Positions 26,301 to 38,700 of a DNA stretch of 64,000 nucleotides are shown here, piece after piece. This DNA is from Lama guanicoe. Its lineage: Eukaryota. Within the stretch, counting starts at the first letter, position 1. The number at the start of each line of letters is the position of its first letter. The stretch covers positions 2,888,282 to 2,952,281 of the forward strand of contig MU054400.1 in NCBI GenBank assembly GCA_013239625.1. Reading direction: 5' to 3'. Below the pieces are notes generated by a model, which ran no database searches, was not told where the DNA came from, and worked only from the letters and a program-made list of their open reading frames with translations. Position numbers and translations under genes: made by a program.

Positions 26301-29200
26301 GAGACATTGCTGCCTGTTTCCGAACGCTTGTGCTCCCTCAGGGAGGGAAAAAGTAGAAGGCAGGATTTGGGCCCAAAGGAAAAGGGAACGTCAGTATCAC
26401 AGTGACCCCTGGGACTGAGCGGGTCTTAGGATACAAAGCTTTCCATTTTAAAACCAGGATGGAGTGTCCTTTCAACCTCCTATGATATAGGAGGACCATT
26501 TGGGTCCTTGCCTTTATCTGTACTTTATTTGTGCTTGTTCCTGTTTCTGTAGTAATGGTTTCTCTTGGGTGGATTGTGTTGGAAAATCCACTGGAAGCAC
26601 GCTGGGCGTATGACTGCCAGTTTCAGAGTTTGTGTTTGCTTGGTGGTGCACAGGGGTTGAGACAGAGCTGGGGGGCATGGCCTGGCCAAGGCAGATCAGG
26701 TTGAGAGTGACCTTAAATCCAGAGGACCTCAGCTTTCACAGAGCGAGCAGCACAGAAGAGGCGAGGCCTGTGCTGCGGGGTGAGAAGACTCGGGTAGGTA
26801 GCAAGAGGCTCCCTGTTCTGCAGGGCAGGCTGAGCACTGGTTCAGGGTCGACTCTCCAAATGCATTTGATTGCTCAGCTGGAGCAGGTGATCACTTTTTG
26901 CCTCTCAGTCCCCGGTGCTGGCTGGCTAGTTCCTTTCGGAGAGCTGAGTGTGCTGCAGCTGCCAGGGCCAGGCTGGTTACATCTGACTGGCTCCCCATTA
27001 TTTAGAGACGTCCTTTCTTCCACCCAGCATGCCTGGGCTGTGCAAGGACCTCTGAAGAGTTGGAATCTCCCCTTCATCATTCAGCCTCGCCTAAATTTCA
27101 TGGAGTTAGCTGCCTAATCATCTCCTGTCTTCTCCTCGTGGGAGGTTTCCTCTTCTGATGTCTCAGGCATTGAAGCCTAAGCTGGGGTTCTGGCCAGGGG
27201 TCCTTTATCAGTGGTGTGACATACAGGAGTCTTTCAGAGTTGGTATTTTGCACAGTAATATTCAAGTTGACACAACACATAGATCCCTATGATTTGTAAG
27301 AGATTAGATTTGTATGATTTTGAACCAAAGTGGGGAGAGAAATCTAGAAGGGAAACAATAATCTAACACCTGGTTTCTCCATTATCCTTGTCAATTGCTG
27401 TATATGCTGTGAGTATGGGTAGATCTCGACATCCGTTTTACCCTGTTGCTATTATTTAGCACATTTACTTAGCCATGCCATTGACCTTCTGGGGGCATTA
27501 AAGTGGAACCCAAGCCATTATTAGATAACGGTGGCATTTAGACTGAGTGCGATATTCCTAATGTTCCAATAAGTGGTTGGTATAGAGGAGCCAGGATAAA
27601 ATCCTGCTCTTTCTAATCATATCAAAAGGTTAGTCTCCGTGTTAGGACGGAATGCCTTCATTAGAGGAGATTACATGACATGTCTGCTTGTGAAATAAGT
27701 GGAGATGGCACCACTGAGTAGCCACCTGACTTGTTTTCCTGAGAGAGTGATGGATTTTCCAATCCATTTATACGCTCAGGCCCAATTCTCATCCCTACCC
27801 TTGTTCCTGAAAAGAGTTTGCTTTTACCAGTGAGCCGGCCTTCAGTCCGTTGCTAATGATCAGAGAGGAACTAGCTAGTTACCCGGGGACAGAACTCATT
27901 CTTTACTTTCTAATAATAAGAGTACCCCAGCTGGCTGGGCTAACGGTCTCCCCTTGTCTCTATCCTGGCTTTTCTCCTCGGACCCATAAGTATAAACTCC
28001 TTTGCCCATCTTGTCCTGCCGTCCTCCCTCCTTTCCTCTGTGTACTAGGGTTTTCAGGAACCATGAGGCTACTGACCACATGTCAGCCTAGTTCCTAGTT
28101 CCATTAACGCCATCTCCTGAGAGCCAGAGAAGCAGTCACGGGTCTGTACCCCTGCTTGAGCCTTTTCTGGAGAGGGCTGTTTTCTTCTTTCCCAAGTGCT
28201 GTCACTTTGCGGGTATTTCTTGCCCTCTTAAGAGCCTCTGTTTTGAGTTAATGGTAAAATCCCACTGTGTACATAGCAGGCCTTAGTTTTCCTTGAGCTC
28301 TACCTAGACCTTTATCAATGTTGGTTTTGGAAGAGGAAAATACTCATTTTCTTAGTAAGATTTTGGTGATGGGGAGCTTTCCCGTAGATTCCTGAACTCC
28401 TGAGCATGAAGGGGAAGACCATGGCCAAGCAGCAAAGGGGTTACTGACCTTACCACTCACTTCTTGAATCACGTGTCTTCTCTGGGCTTGTGTATACTCT
28501 CTGCTGTTTCCTGCACGTGGCATCCCAAGTTTTAAATGAAAGTGGATCTTGGCCAGGTTGGGGTCTAATAGTTGATGCATGGGTATGGTCCTTGGTGTTA
28601 ACATCCCAGTGTCCTCTTTTGTTCTGTTAGAAGAGATGTGTGTTATCGAGGGCCAAGCCTGTGCGTGTAGGCTATGGGAGGGGGCTGCTGGGTTGGGAAT
28701 GTATTCATGTGGTCCTCACACCTTCTGCCCACTTTTGGAAAGAGGAGTTTGGATTGGTTTGAATGGTGTTCCGCAAGGAGACCCTTCTGCTAAGGGGCAC
28801 GCAATCTGAGTGTTAGTGTGGTCCTCTCTCAGAGGTATCCCTGCTCCTCCACCATGAGCAGTGAGCCTCTTCCTGCTGCCTTGCAGCCCTGGCCTCAGCA
28901 GTTCAGCCCTCTGATCTGCAGAGGGGTCTCTGTTGATGGCTCTGTGTTGCTTAACTTTGCTTCCCTCTCTTTTGTTTGAAGAGAGTAGACCAGAAACATG
29001 ACTTGCATTCTTTCACTATGTTCAGAACCTCCAGGGTTTATCCACGCCTAATGTACGAATGGTAACAGAGCTTGGAATTCTTGATGATACAGACATGTTC
29101 ATGGAAATGAGAGCTGTTGTACTGGGATTTGTGATGTAGTTGATTATTCAGCGCCAAACTCATACACCAATAAAGACAAGAATGTCGGAGTTTATGGTCT
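23391..29200 (+). other. NTRK2: Probable long 3'UTR of the TrkB-T-Shc isoform
   Basis: Follows the T-Shc stop, is relatively poor in recognisable TEs, and ends at a well-formed poly(A) context. The 3' end is inferred. Confidence 0.55.
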
Positions 29201-29220
29201 CTGTTGCCTACTTTTTTGTC
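29169..29220 (+). terminator. Candidate polyadenylation signal for T-Shc
   Basis: AATAAA at 29169-29174, with TGTA motifs upstream (~29073, ~29118) and a GU/U-rich element downstream (tttatggtctctgttgcctacttttttgtc). Confidence 0.55.
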
Positions 29221-29365
29221 ACCTCCTACTATTAATTCTTACATAGACTTGAGAATATGATTCAGTGTTGGGATTCCTAAAAGCACTACCAACAGCCTCC
29301 TAGACGCTGTCCCCGTTGGTGCCCAGAGTCCCACTTAGCTCCCACACAGCCCCTCTGCGTCCTGG

Positions 29366-29901
29366 CAGGGCCAGGATGAGGGCAATGTAGGTGAGGCCCT
29401 GACTTAAAGTGCGGAGTTGAAAGGGGTGCCAACAGCCTCAGCCATCACGCTAAACCATATTTTAAAAGACAAAAATTAATGAAAAGAATCTATGAGGAAG
29501 ATTTCAAAATTTTTAATAAAGACAGGATTGAGAGGGTGGGGGTTAGGGTGAAGTGAGTGCTGCAAATTCAAGGTCAAATCCTGCCTTTGTTTAAAATTTT
29601 GGTATTTTTTCTTCATAGATATCTTTGTTAATTTGTATTTTTTATAACATTGCATTAAAACATTCGTGTTTTAATATTTTATACTAAACTATAAATGGAA
29701 CATAACCTTTAAAAGTTGTGAATCACTATATTGTATACCTGAAACTTATGTAATGTTGTACATCAACTGTACCGCAATTAATAAAATAATTTTAAAAAGG
29801 GAAAAAATAAAACATTTATGGCAATGATTGAATTTGAGGTGTTCCCTTAAATTTTAACTCTAAGGCAAGAATCTCATTCCCCTCACCCTAGCTTGGCCCT
29901 G
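29366..29901. mobile_element. Palindromic hAT-Tip100 MITE (MER96B-like), interrupted by an L1 fragment
   Basis: TIRs cagggccagg…/…cttggccctg. Internal inverted arms ttttaataaagacaggatt / aatcctgcctttgtttaaaatttt. Confidence 0.65.
29669..29807 (+). mobile_element. Short L1 3'UTR insertion (sense) nested in the MITE
   Basis: 'ataaatggaacataacctttaaaagttgtgaatcactatattgtatacctgaaact…catcaact' plus an A-rich tail. TSD taaaacatt(cg/ta)tg at 29656-29668 and 29808-29820. Confidence 0.8.
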
Positions 29902-30227
29902 CTCTCAGGCTTCTTCTGGCCTGGGTTGTGTGTAAGCCTCTGGCCTTTGCAGTGCTCTGTTCTGTATAATTAGCTGCTGGGCTAACTAGCGTTTGGCCTT
30001 CTCTCCCTTCCTGCATCCCTGGTCTGAGCATCCTTCCTTCCCCCGCCCCACCCCATTTGCCCCTGGAGGTATGTTTCCCTGATTCCTTTTTGCTTAGCTG
30101 ACCTCAGCATCCTCAGTATCAAGCATCCTGTGCTGTCTGTGAGATCTCTGCAGAGATGGGTACTGTTGTCTTCTCACAGCCTTGTTTTGTGTATGACTCT
30201 CCAGCATGAGGAAATGGATAAGACTAC

Positions 30228-30301
30228 AGGAAGGGAGGAAGGAAGGGAGGGAGGAAGGAAGGAAGGAAGAAAGGAAGGAAGGAAGAAAGGAAGAAAGAAA
30301 G
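30228..30301. repeat. (GGAA)n/(GAAA)n purine microsatellite
   Basis: Read directly from the sequence. Confidence 0.95.
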
Positions 30302-31263
30302 ATTTTCTTTTAAAAAGGTAGAAAGGATAGGAAGGTCAGGGATCTTCTTAGCAAATTTGAGACTTAAATCTAGGGGGAAAAATTGGATGAAATTTTAAAA
30401 TATAAGTGACATCCTTTTTTAAGAAGTCATTAGATATTGCTTCATCTTCCCACATTTGGAGTTTTAGTATTAGATTTGCTAAATGAAAGATGTACTACAC
30501 GAGATCTAAAATACTCTCATTTTTTGCTCAGCTTATTCCTTAATGTCATGAGCCCCCTTTGTAATGTGTGCAATTTTTTTATAATTTCAAACAACCAATA
30601 TCAAATACCTTTTATGTGCCAGGCCCTATGAGATGCATTTTCACATAAAAAAAAAAAAGAACCCTGTCAGCGCTGCAGGATGAGAAAACTGAGGCTGAGA
30701 AAGGTTAGGAGGAAAAATAATGAACCCAAATTACCTTTCCCCCAATGTGGGAGAGTTTCTGTTCAGTCCCCCATTGGCCTCCTTGAAGTCTGGGACTCTT
30801 TCCAACCGAGTGCTGCTGCGGACCTTTTCCAAAAATAATATCGAGCAGTTTTCTAACTCTGCAAGAGGAATTGTAGCGTTGGTATTGCCCCTTTCATGTG
30901 GGCCTATCAAGGTACACTGAGTATATTAACCTTCAGGCATGAAGGCAGGGGAATGCCAGATGGTGGGTAGAGAGCTTATTGTTGGAGGAGAAAGGGGCCA
31001 GTAGTCGGCTGATCTCAGCCCAGGCTCTAATGTCGGGGTCCACACAAGGCCGACTGGGGCAGCAGGGAGATTTTCTCAATGGAGTCATTCCAAAAATACT
31101 AAGTAACCATGAATAATAAGCCCTTGTTTTTATCTTTTGCTAATTAGAATCGTGTAAAATCCGACTCTCCGTCTACCAACTCACTCTGAAAAGTTTGCCT
31201 TTTTTTTGTTTTATTTCAGAAAACCCTAGGAAAAGATGTACAAATTATGTATAACACACAAAA

Positions 31264-31362
31264 AGTTGATGTACGATATTATATAAGTTTCAGGTATGCA
31301 ATATAGTGATCCACAACTTTTAAAGGTTATATTCCATTTATAGTTAGTATAAAATGTTAAAA
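31264..31362 (-). mobile_element. L1 3'UTR fragment, inverted near-copy of 29669-29768
   Basis: Its reverse complement aligns to 29669-29768 with 7 substitutions and 1 gap (manual alignment). Confidence 0.85.
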
Positions 31363-31671
31363 TGTCACAAATGTTTTATATGCACCATATATAAATACCT
31401 ATACTATAGGCCTGTGTCTTGAACACAGTCACTCCTCTGAGATGAGCATATCACTTTTCCTAGGTAAACTTTATGTCTCTCTCTCCAGAGTTCAAAGTGT
31501 GCCAAGAATTTTAGGAGCAAATTGAGGTGCACAAATTTACTGAGTTTTCTTAAACAATGTTGCAAGGGTTAAAGCACCCACAGCCCCTGCCTGGGACACT
31601 CTGTTCCAGGGAAACCACTGGGACATAGGCTGATAATGCCTTCTTTTTTCATATTTAATTCAGCCCCTTAT

Positions 31672-31795
31672 CTTTTAAAAATATTTTTATTGAAGTACAG
31701 TTATTTCGTAATGTGTCAGTTCCCAGCGTGCAGCATAATGCTTCAATCATACACGAACATACATATACTTGTTTTCATACTCCTTTTCACCATAA
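31672..31795 (-). mobile_element. Short lineage-specific L1 3' fragment
   Basis: 'tttttattgaagtacagttat…atgtgtcagtt…cagcataatg…catacatatac'; same family as 3254-3344. Confidence 0.75.
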
Positions 31796-34700
31796 TTATA
31801 CCTTCTTAATAACTATCCTACTGGCAACCAATTTAAATGCCAACCACATGAGAATATCTTGTAGGACAGACAAGTCACGTTTCTGGCTTACCCTCTGTGA
31901 CTCATTCTTTCTTTTTTCCATGCAAAGACCCATGTTTCCAAATTGCCTACTTGAAAGAGGTCAAGATTCTTGTAGATATTTAGCCTTTAAGGAGTCTTTT
32001 TAAAAGACAGGAGTCAGCACTGATACATGGCCTTCCTTCCATGAGAAGAGCATGCATCAGGAGCTTCATGAGGTCGAGGGACATCCAGGAGCTGATATTT
32101 TAAAGCATCTACTTTGTCACAGGTGCATATAGTGACCAGTACCTCATTTTAGTCTTCTAACAGGTAGAATAACACATGCTCCCCTAAAACATCAGAGGAA
32201 GTCTTCACCACACTAGACTAGTGCAGATGAATTAGATTGGTGGGTTTAGCCAAAATGAATCCATTCTTTTGTGACCCACTGTTTACTCTCTTACTTATCT
32301 TAATAACTTAGAAAACACTGGAGTTTGGGGTATGAATTATTCAATTGCAGTGTAAAGGCCATCCTAACAAATAATGATCCAATCAAACTATTGTTTCTTG
32401 GCGATTTCTAAGACCCCTGAACCCCCATGCCTATCTCAGCACACAGCTGCAAAGCTTGGGAAGCCCTCTGGCGTTTGTGGAGGCGCAGTCCAAGAGCAGC
32501 TTGGAGAGACTAACCAGGATGAGGCTTTAGAGAAATGGAGTTCAAATATTTCCAAAGAGAATCTGAGGAGTCTTTTGCTTACCCTGGGATGAGTGCTGGC
32601 TGTGTGTCGTGTGTACCTATCACGTGCCAATATGGATAATTTTCCTAACGGAATGAAATAAGACAAATCTCTGACTAACAGTACTATCTGGAGCCTTTAA
32701 CAAAGAAGCCCCAGGATGGGGTGGGGTAGAGGGGCTGGGCATGAAAAGTTCAGATTAGGCTCAGCGTGTATAATCATACGTCTCTGTCGGCTGCTGAGTG
32801 TGTGTAATCAGGAAGTCACGTCTTCCCCGGGAACTGACTGATAGTGAACATTGCAGGTGGAAATACTTATTGACGGTTTTGTAAATTTCTAACCACTGGC
32901 TGTTCAATGGGCAAACAAGTGCTTTGGTGTCTCCGGCTCCTAGAACAGTACCCAGGACATTAGAGGTACATAATAAACATGTTATTAATGACAGGATGTA
33001 TACATGAGTAGATACTTGTATTTGCTGTACTCGTAATCTTACTGCAGCTCTCGGGGAAAATACATCTCTACCTTACTGAGCGTCAGACATGACCAGTAAG
33101 TTAAATTCCCCACTGATTCTGTTAGGAGCAGAAGTTAGGCAACCTTTCTACTTGCGTTGCTGAATTTGGCCCCCTCTCTGGTCCGCATAGTGCTCTTACA
33201 GGGCTCTAAACATGAACATGTTTCACTTAGGATGGGTTAAGGCATAGGAGTCGTGATTTGAAGGGTGTGGTAGTCCACGGGTGTGAAAGGCATTTAAGGG
33301 ATAGTCTTGTCATTCTAAGGACAAGTGCAACATCTCCATGAAAAAAATGGAGTTTAGAAACTCCATTTCTAAATAATCAGCATGGAAATGGACTTTGGTA
33401 ACTAGATCCATTTATGACTTGAGGAGTCCCTATGTAGTAACAGTAAACCTGACACAATCAATCAGGTGAAAAATAGCAGATAAAAATAATCTCGACTTAT
33501 TTTTTTTTCACAAACACTTCATAAAGTTACCAAAATTTGAGAATTCCTAAACCCTACTATTTGAAGAAGAAAAGATCCGGTAGTAATTTGGCAAATTTTG
33601 TAATCCACATAATAATAATTTTAAAAAGCCCAAATGCCCAAACTGGGTCAAATTAGACTCAGCACTTCTGATGATTCTACGTCAAAATGATTAGAAAGTA
33701 CAGTTGCCTCAAAAGTTTACTTAAAAAAGTCAAGTTCATGAACTCAGTTAATTTTCTTCAGAGAAAAATCTACTACCATAATGCAAAATGATAAGAATGT
33801 TAACTGTCATATAACTTAGTATTCATAGTACAAGGAATTATTTGGATATTATTTCATCCCTCCTCACAAATTCTCGAGTTTCTCTTGGAATTTCATCTTC
33901 TGTGATTTGATCTGTACCAAATAACGTGAGAAGAGATAATAAGATTTAAGGAGAGAAATGATTGAATCACCATGTCCCAATAAAAAGTGTTCAAATTGGA
34001 TTTCACTACGTAATGAATTCTGCTTCAACTTACTTTGACATAAATAGGATTGGGTAAGGAGAACCAGAAGTAAATCAAATAAATTAATAAAACAATCAGA
34101 GCTGCTTCAATTTTGTCTCCCAGACAGTGTCTGCTTATTTGTATAATAAAACCTGCTCTTATAAATTAAAAACCAGGCATACCACTCGGTTGAAAGCAAA
34201 AAATGTAAGAAAAAGTTGGTAAATCTGGGGGCCTGATGAAGGTGCCTTCTGGTTTCACCAGTATCAATAGTCCCTTTGAAAACTGAAACCTGAAACCCAG
34301 AAGAGGGAGGTTCAACTTTCAACTAGACTTTTTTTTTTTTCTCCAAACAACAAGATTGGAGAGACAGACATGCATGCAATATTGATGATTAGCCGTTCTT
34401 CGTATTTTCTTAATTATACACATTTACGGAACATGAGGAAATTTTTTCATTTTGTCTAGACCAGGGCTGTGTCTCCATCAGCATAATCTATCACGGTATT
34501 TGTGAGACTCGTGCAAAATTAAATTTGCATCTCTGCCACCACTCACAGGGAACTCCCAGTACAACCACCGGGAAAAATACAATTTTCAGTGTTTAATAAA
34601 ACTGTGGTCTTCTCATAATGCCTAGGATGCTTGGGCAATTTGTTAGGCACAATTGATCACAGACCCTTAACACTAATTATACTGTGGATAGTGCCAGTAA

Positions 34701-35539
34701 GGGTGATTTTAAGTATTTCCTTTATTTACTATATTTCAGTGCAGACAGGGTGTTTTGCAACCACACTATTATTCATATTTCTCAGAATCGAGGTGTCTCA
34801 AAATATTCAACATTAAAGATAAGGCTACTAAGCTAAACGTACAATGCATAAAATATGTACTACATACAGTTGAGAAGTAAGGTAACTGATGGGGGAAGCG
34901 TCTTCTCTTGCTTCCTAGCTTAGCCAAGGACAGTGGAAGGAAGTAGGGCGTTAACTGGCCTGAACTGTGTTCCCTGTGCGGACCAGTGTTTCATAGCTCC
35001 CTGGGGTAGAGGCGATCACTGCAGCCCCTTCAGGTTACTCAGTTCAGAAATCTGTGATCTAATTAAACCTTATTGGTCAAAAATTATTAAGCATTTTAAA
35101 TATGACCTCACTAATTGGAAAACTGAAAAGCCAGAAGCCTGTTTCCTGATGATCCCTTAAAAGAGATTCAAGTGATGAATCATTGAAAAGGAATCAAGTT
35201 CTATACAGTGAGGTTGAACCCTCGAAACACGATCTCCAGCTATTAAACAGCTTTTTTGAAGTATGGCTATCAACGTGCATGATTCCAGTGGCCCTAGGTC
35301 TTTATATTAAAAATGCAATTTAAATGGGAACCACATCTGGTGTCCTTTGTGCTGCAATAAATCGAGTACATGAAATGAACTTGTAGTGGAAGTTAGCCTT
35401 TTTTTTTTTGCTTTTAATAATCCAGAGTAGGATTATGTCATGCACTTATGAAAGCTCTGAGCTGAAACCATAAACAAGAGTTAGCCTGGGCAACTTCAGA
35501 AGAAAAAGGTGTTAGGAGGAATCTATTTCCTATGAAATT

Positions 35540-35595
35540 TTTCTTTTATTCTTGTTTTTGATTGAAGTGTGGTTGATTTACAATGTTAGTTTCAG
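35540..35595 (-). mobile_element. Tiny L1 3'-tip fragment
   Basis: 'ttgattgaagtgtggttgatttacaatgttagtttcagg'. Confidence 0.6.
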
Positions 35596-35645
35596 GAGCT
35601 TTTATAAAGCCATTATTCAAAATGGTTTCCCAGCAGCAATTTTGA

Positions 35646-35775
35646 ATTTGGGGTGGGGCAGGAGTATTAGGTTTATTTATTAATTTATTTATTTTAAATG
35701 GAGGTACTAGGGATCGAACCCAGGACCTCGTGCATGCTAAGCATGCGCTCTACCTCTGGGCTCTACCTTCCCGCC
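35646..35775 (-). mobile_element. tRNA-Ala-derived SINE, Vic-1-like (camelid)
   Basis: The minus strand reads …GGTAGAGCGCATGCTTAGCATGCACGAGGTCCTGGGTTCGATCCCTAGTACCTCC (tRNA-Ala-AGC-like, B box GGTTCGATCCC). It is followed by (AAAT)n, AAACCTAAT and a C-rich tail. Confidence 0.85.
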
Positions 35776-38700
35776 TCTTAATGGCAGTTTGGAAGATGCT
35801 ATACTTCTTTACGTTATTTCCACCAGTAGATTACTTAGCCGGAGAGATGAGATCTTCAGAGAACTCAGAACATCATGCAGATGGGAAATGGGATTTCCCC
35901 TCTTTACACTAGATGATTTTGTAGTTGTGTATGTGACCACCATGAAGAGTTTGGTGTGGACTCAGCTAAAGCATTTCCCTTCCCATGCAAAGAAATTTCC
36001 ACAGAGAGAAAGTGAAGGTCACCATCCTTTATGAGGTTGAAGTTGTATCCCTGTATTTTCTTTTAAATGTGAAATTTTAATTTGGACTGTGGATCTGTGG
36101 GGAGTTGCTTCCCAAGCTTACGGAGGCCCCTAACCTCCATCAAGTCCACCCAACATTTGATGGTTTAGAGAAATGTAATCGCCACCTAAGTGCCATCTAG
36201 GCTTGGCTTTCCAGTTCAGCCTTAGTTACTACCATGCAGACCTCATGCCGCTGCCACTCCTGGGGTCCCCTCTCCAGCTCAGTGCCTCAGACTGTTTCAG
36301 ACCAGCTTTGCCTTGGTCACACATGCACATCCTGTTTGTTCTGCCGCCACACAGAGGGTGTCTGAGGCTTGTCCCTGGAGTCTGTAGGCCAAATGCCTTT
36401 CTCTGAATGTACTGAATGAGATTCCCTTCTGTCTCTTACCTCACTAGCTCCATCCTCTTGATCTCAATACCTTCTCCTTGACCTGACCCTACACCAGCTT
36501 GAAACCAGTTTTCACTTCCAGATTTTGCTTAGTTGGTATGTTCCAGGCTGCTGAGTATATCTCACTGGGTAAAATAAAAAGGAAACAGAGCAAGCCAGGA
36601 AGCAGATGTCTCCTGGGTGGTGTGTGTCTTTGAGAGTTGGAATTTGAAATCTCTGTATGAAAGGAACAGTGAATGGGTGTAATTAGTCAGGCTGATGAAG
36701 GAGTAGAACCTGGTAAGCAATTTTTCTTGACTGGCTTAATGAAAAGCATTAGCTATCAGTTTCTGCCTAAACTCACTGAGGGTAAAACAAGTGTGGGGTT
36801 TGAACAAAAGAGAAAGATTTTGCGTGGGCTTGGACTCTATTCCCAAGAATAAGTTTTGCTTGGGCGGAAAGTATCTGGTGCATCTAAGAAAAAAAAAATC
36901 AATGACTTGTGTCACTTCTTCATGCATTTTATTTTAGGAGAATTGATCATATTTCAAGAAATGGAAGAGGTTCTTGCAAAGGCAGAAACTGGTAGTTTGT
37001 AACCAAGTGTGTGTGTTGCTCGTTTTCTTCTTATCGCTTTAGGCCAGACACTTTCCTAAAGTCAGCTTTCAAGGCAAAGGAAGCTTTAAGGGTTGGCTTA
37101 AGGTTGTTGCCCATCATCCTGCATCTTCCCCTGATAGTGTGAATCTGGCCAACAGCTGCCAAAGGCCTTGAGACCTATTCATCATCAAGTGACTAATCAG
37201 GAATTAACGGCTGGAGGGGATGTTTTCCTGTTGTCAAAGGAATTAAAAAATGATGCTCTAGCATCATTAGTGACAGCTGGCAAAGCCTTGGAGCCAAATG
37301 ATGTGTGGGTCAAGAAGAAAATGATTTGATATCCAAAAACAAAAATGGCAGCCTCTCTGGATCTTGACTGGAAGCTGTGCTGAGCATTCACCCTATGGCC
37401 AAACCAAATGTATCAGTGATGTTTAAGAGTCCCGAGTGCAGTCCCAGATGTCGTTTCTCTTTCTGGCCATCACCAGTCACCGCCTGTCGGGATGTTAGGT
37501 AACCCTCTCCAGCAAGACGGCAGTATCCATTCTCAGCTTTGCTTTGTTATATAGATTTCAGCTTTCTGGCTTGGGCCCCTGTAGAAAAATCTCTTAAATT
37601 GGGATTGGACAGAAGGGCTGAGTCTACTTTTTTGTTTCCTTAAGGGAAAGATTATTTATTAGTGTTACCTGAGGTCACAGATTATTTCCTTGGTGTTGTG
37701 GGGATAAGAGGGACACATGATCTTGTTTTGTGTCCTATTTGCTTAAGATTCAAATGAATTTTATAAGATGTGACAAAACCTTTTTTTTTTCTTAAGATAC
37801 ATGGCTTCTTGACAAACCACAGAGTAGAATAGAAAACAAAATAAATTCTGCCTCATTACTTTCCAATCAGTTAATAAGGCAAACAAGAGTCACTCAGGAC
37901 AAAGAAAGCAGAAGAAAAATGTTATTCTTGGGTTTGGATGTTAGGGATGAACTTAACCAGTTCTGGAAAGGGAAGAGGAAAGGAAACATTTTTGAGACTC
38001 ACCGTGTGTCTCCACATATATTACCTCAGCTACAGTTCACGCGCAGGCAAATTTCTTATGGATGAGGAGAGTGAGATTTGGACAGTTTAAGACTGTGGTC
38101 CAGGTAGGAAGTGGCAAGGACAAGATGAAAATCCAGGTTCTCCCACCTCAAAGCCACCTGAAGACTTCTGTCTCCACCAGTCATCACCACGCCCGTGGCC
38201 ACCAACCCTACGGAACTCCCTAAGGGAAGAGACCCCGTCCTTAGAGGGTCACGCACGGTGAAGTTGACCTGACCCAGACACTCACTTCAACCATAATAGC
38301 GGAAGGCTGAGTCCATTATCAGGACAAATCACAAGTTACCAAATCTGCTTTGGTTGAAATCCCTGAGAAGCTCAGCTTTCATCTATGGGCTGATTGCCTC
38401 ATGGATCAACTTCCTCTGTTTGTCATTAGAAATAGCAATGACGTTTTAAAATGGCTCTTTTAAAACATTGTTTCCTTCCCGTTATTCCAAAATGCCCTTG
38501 ATGCTTTAAGTAGGATGCAAATTATTTCTGTATTTTTAATTTGTATGTGACTTGAACATATCGTTGGCACATATTCTAAGGGGGTAACTATTTCAGCTGT
38601 CACCAGGAGGAAACAAGTGTCCTTTCAACACCATTGTTGTTACTGGTACGGAGACAGTGGCACTAGGCAGACTTGGACTTTAATCCTGACCTTGCACTGC

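Noticed and set aside
26632..27117. Longest ORF (161 aa)
   Set aside because: It has a GTG start, no recognisable domain, and lies in the inferred 3'UTR. The length is plausible by chance.
35697..35775. Possible tRNA-Ala(AGC) gene on the minus strand
   Set aside because: The 5' acceptor/A-box region is diverged and a SINE tail follows, so it is a SINE head.
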